This document shows positions 16,190-22,092 of a DNA stretch of 24,000 nucleotides, piece by piece. Both the position numbers and the translations under genes were made by a program. The notes under the pieces were generated by a model, which was given only the letters and a program-made list of their open reading frames with translations, was not told where the DNA came from and did not search any database. How positions within the stretch are numbered: position 1 is the first letter of the stretch; each line of letters starts with the position of its first letter. The stretch comes from Mariprofundus sp. (GTDB lineage: Bacteria > Pseudomonadota > Zetaproteobacteria > Mariprofundales > Mariprofundaceae), in the NCBI GenBank assembly GCA_030951025.1, contig JAUZQK010000064.1:8-24007 (forward strand). Reading direction: 5' to 3'.

Positions 16190-18578
16190 ATCTCCCCCCC
16201 TTCCATTTTCCACCATTGACCATCACAGCAATTGCTTTAGCTGTAAGTGGTGAAATGACATCCCCATTCTTCAGCTTGCATCCAGCCGTTATTTTCTTTA
16301 ATGATTCATGGCCAATTAAAGCATGCAGATAATCGGGTAACTGATGCACGCCCGACTCTTTCTCAGTCGCGGCAGCTGCGGCAAATACCTGAACCTGGTC
16401 AGGAAAGCGCGCAAGATATTCCGCCACTCGGGGAAATCGAACTTCAAGGATAGTCCAGAGCGCCACTTGATCCAGAAAAGCCTCATCCATATCGAGAACG
16501 CCGCTTACCCTTGCTAAATTCACATACACGCCAAACGCATTCACTATCAACTTCATACTTCTCGGGTTGGCATCCATCAAATCAACAAAGCGTGTGAGCC
16601 GGTGCCGGTTTGCAGTCGCAAAGCTTTCAGTCTTCGCCGCTTTAATCACTGCGGCAGCAATCATAGCCTGTTTATGAATAACAGTTTTCGGCTCACTGCG
16701 CATATAGTCATTGAGTTCAGATTCACTGGATACATTTTGAATCTCTTTTTCTACAACGGCATAAGCCTCATCAAAACTTACTACAGAATCACTTTTCTCT
16801 CTCGATGTGATTTCATCCATAAACGACACTTTCAATTCAGCCGAGATCGGCGGCAATGCAACACTTAATTGAAACAACTTCTCCAGAAAGCGATAACCCG
16901 TTGGCTGTTCAACCTGCGCAATTTTACCGTTGAATGTTTCATAGCCCTCCTCAAAGCAGGCCGATATCCAGGTTCGATCAGCCGCGACCAGGAAAAATAC
17001 TTTTGGATGAGAATACAGTGTGTGAAGACTCTCCAATAATTCAATGACATAAGAGCTTTTGCATCGATCCAGATCATCAATAAACACGATGACAGGCCTG
17101 TCAAACCCATCAACCATTTTTCTGTAATAGGAACGAATCTTTTCCATCGGATCGGAAGACAAACGTCTAAACATGTGAGCTGAAGCAGCAAAGCCTGGCA
17201 TGAGTTTGCTCAACAAAACCGCAACGGTACTTGCTAAAGCAAGAATCGATGCAATCGACTTCATGACATCTCCGCCCAACGTTAATGCTAATCCAAGCAG
17301 CACCAGAATTGTTGCCAACATTATAAAAACAGGTCGCCTATCCCCTTCCTCAATTCGATACCAGTAATTTTTCCAGTGCAATTCTTTACTGTTTGGTGCG
17401 CCTTTTATGCCCTCTTGAACAATCCGATCCAACAACCCCCACCAGGGCGGGTCGACATGTTGGTTCCTCCATGCATTAAAATGGATACCAATCCATGGCC
17501 GTTGCACTTTGCTCTCATCATGCAGGCATTGATCCAACTGATGCATAAATGTTGTTTTACCTGCTCCCCAGCGTCCACAAAGGTGCAGAACAAAACTATC
17601 TCCTTTGATACTTTGCCCAGCCTCAACAGGTAAATTTAGAGATTCATGCCACAGACGATCCAACCAGCGTGCTAAATATTCCGCGAATGCAAATCTGTTA
17701 AATGAATCATGTTCAGAAGGTTGATCGGAACTAATAATAGTTGCATTCGACAGCAGTTCTGAAGGAGCAACCCGCGTGCCTCCCCCATCAATAAGCTTGT
17801 TAAGCTTCTCTGCAACTTGTTCTGGAACTTTGAATACTGTGCCCTGAGGGCTGCGAAGAAACTGAAATTCATCCTTCTGAATGGACTCAATCACCACATC
17901 TCTGGATATTATTGGCTCCAACCATTTTACCGGCAAGGAAAGACGAACATCCTTCTTGGGCGTTTCTGACTCCTCTCCTTTGTCTGTAAATTCGAGATGG
18001 CTAATCTCCCCCCAAGCGACCATACCGCTTGCAGCTCGGTTGTGCTTACGCTCATCTTCATCCTTGAAGGCTCGCCAAAGAAAAAACACATCGCCAAGCT
18101 GCATCTCGTCCTGAAACCGGTTTATACGCCAAGGCACTGCCTCCCCCTGTTTCGCCGATTCCAGCCAGTCCGTTTTTTCATCATCCGGCTTATACTGAAA
18201 TAACCAATAACGCTTCACATGCTTTTCAGTCGTTCCATCATTGAATTCGGGCGATAGCTCTGGAGCTGTCCTATCATTTCTCTTCTTTTTCTTCGATGTT
18301 TTATCTTTCCTGATGCTCTGAATATCAGAGCCTTGTGGCTGAAACTTCTGATGCGATTCAGTTTCAAAACGCATCAACATAGCCTGCGTATCCGGCCCCA
18401 CAATACCATCAGCAGACAAACCATTCTTAGCCTGGAACTCACCCACAACATGACCGGTACGCTTACCAAACACACCATCCGGCTCACCCGCATCGAAGCC
18501 TTGCTGGCGAAGTAATTCCTGCAAGGCTTTCACCTGATCACCCTCTGACCCTTCGCGCAATACCCGTTCACTTTCCAT
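16182..18578 (-). CDS. Multidomain KAP-family P-loop NTPase: N-terminal PG_binding_1-like domain, EVE/PUA-like domain, KAP NTPase with an inserted TM hairpin
   Basis: 798 aa. PGB-like domain at aa 5-71 (EGDQVKALQELLRQQGFDAGEPDGVFGKRTGHVVGEFQAKNGLSADGIVGPDT). EVE-like domain at aa ~122-262 (RYWLFQYKPDD..W..RF..MQLGDVFFLW..GMVAWGEI..FLRSPQGTVFKVPEQ). Walker A GRWGAGKTT (nt 17550-17576). IHFNAWRNQ. Two hydrophobic helices at aa ~415-460 (nt ~17199-17336) lie between Walker A and Walker B. Walker B VIVFIDDLDRC (nt 17061-17093). A TM insertion in the P-loop domain plus a DDLDRC-type Walker B is the KAP hallmark. Confidence 0.85.
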   Translation of the reverse strand: MESERVLREGSEGDQVKALQELLRQQGFDAGEPDGVFGKRTGHVVGEFQAKNGLSADGIVGPDTQAMLMRFETESHQKFQPQGSDIQSIRKDKTSKKKKRNDRTAPELSPEFNDGTTEKHVKRYWLFQYKPDDEKTDWLESAKQGEAVPWRINRFQDEMQLGDVFFLWRAFKDEDERKHNRAASGMVAWGEISHLEFTDKGEESETPKKDVRLSLPVKWLEPIISRDVVIESIQKDEFQFLRSPQGTVFKVPEQVAEKLNKLIDGGGTRVAPSELLSNATIISSDQPSEHDSFNRFAFAEYLARWLDRLWHESLNLPVEAGQSIKGDSFVLHLCGRWGAGKTTFMHQLDQCLHDESKVQRPWIGIHFNAWRNQHVDPPWWGLLDRIVQEGIKGAPNSKELHWKNYWYRIEEGDRRPVFIMLATILVLLGLALTLGGDVMKSIASILALASTVAVLLSKLMPGFAASAHMFRRLSSDPMEKIRSYYRKMVDGFDRPVIVFIDDLDRCKSSYVIELLESLHTLYSHPKVFFLVAADRTWISACFEEGYETFNGKIAQVEQPTGYRFLEKLFQLSVALPPISAELKVSFMDEITSREKSDSVVSFDEAYAVVEKEIQNVSSESELNDYMRSEPKTVIHKQAMIAAAVIKAAKTESFATANRHRLTRFVDLMDANPRSMKLIVNAFGVYVNLARVSGVLDMDEAFLDQVALWTILEVRFPRVAEYLARFPDQVQVFAAAAATEKESGVHQLPDYLHALIGHESLKKITAGCKLKNGDVISPLTAKAIAVMVNGGKWKGGRYE

Positions 18579-18614
18579 CAGTCATTCCACCATAGTTCAA
18601 CATCACACATCGGG

Positions 18615-19502
18615 TTACAAGCTGAGCAACATGTCGATGAGATCAGCTTGCGGAAACAAATCGAATTTATCCTTTCTAATATTGCCATGCGTCCACATGC
18701 CTTTGATTTTACCGTTGTATGCCTGTGCGTTATATTCAAAGGCTTGAGCACCCTTTTGTTTAATTGCAGCAACCAGGCCAGCGCGCACATCAATCGAGTC
18801 ACGCTCGGCAATCCATAAAATAAATGCCTTGAGCGTTTCAATTTGTTTATCTGAATAAGCATGCCACTGGCGATGTCCCCGAAATGGCTTGGCCAAGGTC
18901 ACGATTTGATCGGCGACAATAGGTGTTCCCACATAGGTTTTCCCACCCTTGGCATAACTGAAATTACAGACCTCAATCGCCGCTGAATGTGTATGCATGT
19001 GCTGCGAGCCGTTTTTACCCAGATGCCAGCCGTAACCGCCTTCCGGCACACATTGCAGCAACTCACCATCATAACGATCATCATTGCCTTTAACGGAACG
19101 GCCACCGAGCACAAACTCCGTTGCAATTGTACCGCGATTATCCTTCGCCCAACCATCCACAGTATGATACGGATTATGCCAGCCAGCAGTATGATGCAAA
19201 AACAAATATGCCTTGGCTGTCGGCCCTGCCAGATATTCGCCTTTGGGCAGAAAGTATTTATGCACCAGTAGGTCTTCTGTGGCCGCATACACTCTCTCAG
19301 AATTATCCGTTGTGGCATGATTCTCTCGAATAGCCGCAAGCGTTTGTGAGCCAACGATCCCATCAACCATCAAACCATGCTCCTTCTGGTAGGCTTCGAC
19401 TGCCTGCTTGGTTCCTGCTCCAAACACCCCGTCATCTGCAATGCCTAAGGCCTGTTGCAACTCAATCACCTCTCGCCCTCTTGAGCCCTGTCTTAATAAC
19501 AT
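18615..19502 (-). CDS. N-acetylmuramoyl-L-alanine amidase (Amidase_2 / T7-lysozyme-PGRP fold) with an N-terminal PG_binding_1 domain; endolysin-like, no signal peptide
   Basis: 295 aa from the ATG at 19502, which has AGGAGG 8 nt upstream. The track start at 19589 is a GTG without an SD. PGB: LLRQGSRGREVIELQQALGIADDGVFGAGTKQAVEAYQKEHGLMVDGIVGSQT. Amidase_2 motifs FLHHTAG (Zn His), HSAAIEVCN and WTHGNIRKDKFDLFP (C-terminal His/Asp-Lys motif). Confidence 0.85.
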   Translation of the reverse strand: MLLRQGSRGREVIELQQALGIADDGVFGAGTKQAVEAYQKEHGLMVDGIVGSQTLAAIRENHATTDNSERVYAATEDLLVHKYFLPKGEYLAGPTAKAYLFLHHTAGWHNPYHTVDGWAKDNRGTIATEFVLGGRSVKGNDDRYDGELLQCVPEGGYGWHLGKNGSQHMHTHSAAIEVCNFSYAKGGKTYVGTPIVADQIVTLAKPFRGHRQWHAYSDKQIETLKAFILWIAERDSIDVRAGLVAAIKQKGAQAFEYNAQAYNGKIKGMWTHGNIRKDKFDLFPQADLIDMLLSL

Positions 19503-19618
19503 CGCAATCACCTCCTGAAGTGTTAAATTTACTTCTTCTATCTTGCCTGAAAGAACATCAACCAAAATCAGTCTAGCGCACCACTTCACGCATTCGATAA
19601 AGTATTAATAAATCCTCA

Positions 19619-21274
19619 TCACGTGGCCTCTAGCGATAACATGCGACGCTCCTGTTTTTCAAACCCGATGATGATCGGCGCCCATTGTTTGATGCTTTTG
19701 TATAAGCGCAACAAAGCCATGAGCAGTGCTGGCCAGCCCGTAAATATGCTTTTTTTGATCAAATCGATAACCAGCTTGAGCAGCGATGCTAAAAAACCGC
19801 ATGAGACGGCAAACATGGAAGATTTATTCTCCAGGTAAGCGGCTATCTTGCTGACATCATTTGCCTGTGCGAACTCATATACCAGCGTTGTAAAGTCGAA
19901 ATCATTATCCCTATGCATCCGCAATACAGGAATGTTTGAATTAATATTGAGGCCGCGCATAGGAAACTTAATTTCTTTTCTAGCAAAAAAAGCCAGTGAT
20001 CCTGTCACTCCCGAAACAACCGCCTGAAGTGCTTCAAATGAATTACGAATATAAAGATAAGCGACTCGAGACAGGTTTTTAAGCATTGCCTTGACCGAAG
20101 ATACCGCCTTTTTAAGCATGGTCTTAAACCAAGCCCACGCCCGTTTAATACCATCCCACATCCGTGCGCCAATGGAATAGATATTATCCCACATTTCCTG
20201 CACAACAGATTTCATGTTTTTCTTTGGACTCCTGCTTTTAGCCAGTTTTTTTATTTCCTGATAAACGTCTTCTGACTCGGTTGGCATCACCACGTCAGCG
20301 GCTATAAGGCGCTGTGAAATACTGGAAAAAAACTTAGGGTACGTTAATTTGATCAGCCCCATCGCTTTTGATTTCGCCTTATCAGACGTGGTTCCAAGGC
20401 TTGTCCAATACACGAGCAACTGCTTATAAAGCTGGCTCTTCGCCTTTAAATCCAAGCCATTTGCTCGCATGCTATTGGCACTTCCCCCCGTATATCCTTT
20501 AGGACGAATATTATAACCAAGCAACCACAGCTCGATCTTGGCCATAGCGACAATAAATGGTTTGATTGTTTTTTTATGCTCAACACCTTTAGGGATTTGG
20601 CCTGATGCAAGCCTGGCTACCATTTCATCCTGATCAAAAAGTAGCTTCAGCGTTGCCAGACTCACAACACTTAAACCCGCAGCGTCCGCCCACCCCAACA
20701 CCTGAGCAAGCTTAGAAAAGCCCGCTAATGCGTCATTTAGCAAATCAATCAGCAAATCAATCGTGACCATGGTTTTTAAGTGGCCGGGGGCTCGAGAGAC
20801 CAAACCCAACGCATAAAGTCTCAGGTATGCTGCTCGTATCAAGGCATCACATGGCTCACCCTTAACAAACCATTTCTCCAAATTTGATGCTTCCTCAAAA
20901 CTCACCATTTGCTGCAACGCCAGCCAGGTTTTTTCGCCCACCCAGCCATCAGCCTTGAGACTACTGATACCAAAGGCATCATGTTGAAACAGCTTCACAC
21001 CAGCCTGATAACTTGCATCAAGCTGTGAAGGTACGGAATCAGTATCAAGGTAACCCAATAAAAAAAGCCTATTGGCAATCACTTTTAAGCGGGAATTTGA
21101 ATATGCAGAACGCGATCCACCAGGATTCGATTCGGGTAACGGCGTAATAATTTGATCATCACCAGCTTGAAGCATGGCCTGCTCTAACAAACCATATTGT
21201 TTAACCATATCTCCCTCATCCGGCAAACCACTCAAGCAAGCAGGAGAAATAGTTAAATCGACACGTTGGGGCAT
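19619..21274 (-). CDS. Hypothetical 551-aa protein with PGB-like helical repeat(s) and a hydrophobic or amphipathic C-terminus
   Basis: aa 64-122 (VIANRLFLLGYLDTD..YQAGVKLFQHDAFGISSLKADGWVGEKTWLALQQ) resembles PG_binding_1. Weaker LxxLGY-type repeats occur at aa ~145-195 and ~245-295. The C-terminal aa ~484-537 is hydrophobic (MFAVSCGFLASLLKLVIDLI, FTGWPALLMALLRLY, WAPIIIGF). The start ATG shares one base with the upstream stop (TAATG, 21272-21276). Confidence 0.6.
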   Translation of the reverse strand: MPQRVDLTISPACLSGLPDEGDMVKQYGLLEQAMLQAGDDQIITPLPESNPGGSRSAYSNSRLKVIANRLFLLGYLDTDSVPSQLDASYQAGVKLFQHDAFGISSLKADGWVGEKTWLALQQMVSFEEASNLEKWFVKGEPCDALIRAAYLRLYALGLVSRAPGHLKTMVTIDLLIDLLNDALAGFSKLAQVLGWADAAGLSVVSLATLKLLFDQDEMVARLASGQIPKGVEHKKTIKPFIVAMAKIELWLLGYNIRPKGYTGGSANSMRANGLDLKAKSQLYKQLLVYWTSLGTTSDKAKSKAMGLIKLTYPKFFSSISQRLIAADVVMPTESEDVYQEIKKLAKSRSPKKNMKSVVQEMWDNIYSIGARMWDGIKRAWAWFKTMLKKAVSSVKAMLKNLSRVAYLYIRNSFEALQAVVSGVTGSLAFFARKEIKFPMRGLNINSNIPVLRMHRDNDFDFTTLVYEFAQANDVSKIAAYLENKSSMFAVSCGFLASLLKLVIDLIKKSIFTGWPALLMALLRLYKSIKQWAPIIIGFEKQERRMLSLEAT

Positions 21275-21654
21275 TATTTATTTGAGCTAAGCCCAACCAT
21301 ACCGCCAAACAACGCCAGCAACCCATGTCTGGTATCAATGCCCGCCTTCACCGATGCGGCATGCACTTTCTGAATGTGTTCTTGAAAATCACCCTCAGGC
21401 ACCAGGTTAATCGCATCGCCATCACACATCATCTTGGTCACTGCACATAGCTTCAGGTTATTGCCCGTCGCTTTTGCAGCTGCCAGCAGATCTGTAATAC
21501 TTTTAAGTTTCCCATCATCACCCAACGCCGTATCAACGGCCACATCGATTGAACCGGTATAGGTTTGCACCTCAAGTGAAGACATATCTTCCAAAAAGTC
21601 ACCAATTGATTCCAACCCTCTGGTCAGCTTTCCTTTTGTATCAGGCATATCCAT
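21274..21654 (-). CDS. Hypothetical protein (126 aa, or 124 aa from the ATG at 21648)
   Basis: ORF with AGGAG immediately upstream. Spacing favours the second ATG at 21648. Its stop overlaps the next gene's start. Acidic and soluble-looking. No family recognised. Confidence 0.55.
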   Translation of the reverse strand: MDMPDTKGKLTRGLESIGDFLEDMSSLEVQTYTGSIDVAVDTALGDDGKLKSITDLLAAAKATGNNLKLCAVTKMMCDGDAINLVPEGDFQEHIQKVHAASVKAGIDTRHGLLALFGGMVGLSSNK

Positions 21655-21669
21655 CTCCTATTGTCGTGG

Positions 21670-22014
21670 TCACTTCATTTGATTTCGAAAAGCGGCCACA
21701 TCTTTTGCGAAATCACTACAATACACAGCAATACTCTGATTAAACTGTTCAATACCATCAGAATTATTGGCTATTTCATGTTTTAAACGTTTGCCATCTG
21801 CAACCCGCAAAACATCAGAGGCAAGCAACCTTAAATTCCGAGATAACTCAGCATATTTTAGATATTCATCGTAACTGGCTGGCTGCTTGATTCCCTTGCT
21901 TCGCCCCACGAAATCGCCAACGAAGGTACGCACCACGACCTGTTGTGTATGACCTCGTCGTAGCCATCGCTTCATTTTCGCCAATATATTCTGGAATCTA
22001 TTCATCGTAGACAT
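21670..22014 (-). CDS. Hypothetical protein (114 aa), first gene of the operon
   Basis: ORF with a purine-rich GAGAGAGGGG upstream of GTG-ATG. ATG at 22014 taken as the start. Basic N-terminus (KMKRWLRRGH). No family recognised. Only 15 nt separate it from the next ORF. Confidence 0.5.
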   Translation of the reverse strand: MSTMNRFQNILAKMKRWLRRGHTQQVVVRTFVGDFVGRSKGIKQPASYDEYLKYAELSRNLRLLASDVLRVADGKRLKHEIANNSDGIEQFNQSIAVYCSDFAKDVAAFRNQMK

Positions 22015-22066
22015 CACCCAGCCCCTCTCTCAAAGCTCAATGCTGCACATAGATATTAAAATGTAT

Positions 22067-22084
22067 GTCCCATAAATATGGGAC
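22067..22084. promoter_or_regulatory. Perfect palindrome GTCCCATA-AA-TATGGGAC between the uup stop and the operon start (operator and/or uup terminator stem)
   Basis: 8-bp inverted arms with a 2-bp centre, 9 nt after the uup stop (22093) and about 50 nt upstream of the first operon start codon. On the minus strand it is followed by ATACATTTTAATATC. Confidence 0.4.
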
Positions 22085-22092
22085 AAAGATGC

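Noticed and set aside
18578-18862. 94-aa minus-strand ORF overlapping the 3' part of the amidase gene and abutting the KAP start.
   Set aside because: It is in an alternative frame of the amidase coding region, which has strong Amidase_2 motifs. No independent support.
21230-21274. Possible lipobox in the orf551 N-terminus (..LTISPAC..).
   Set aside because: No basic n-region or hydrophobic h-region precedes the Cys. S-P-A-C does not fit the L-[AS]-[GA]-C consensus at the -3 position.
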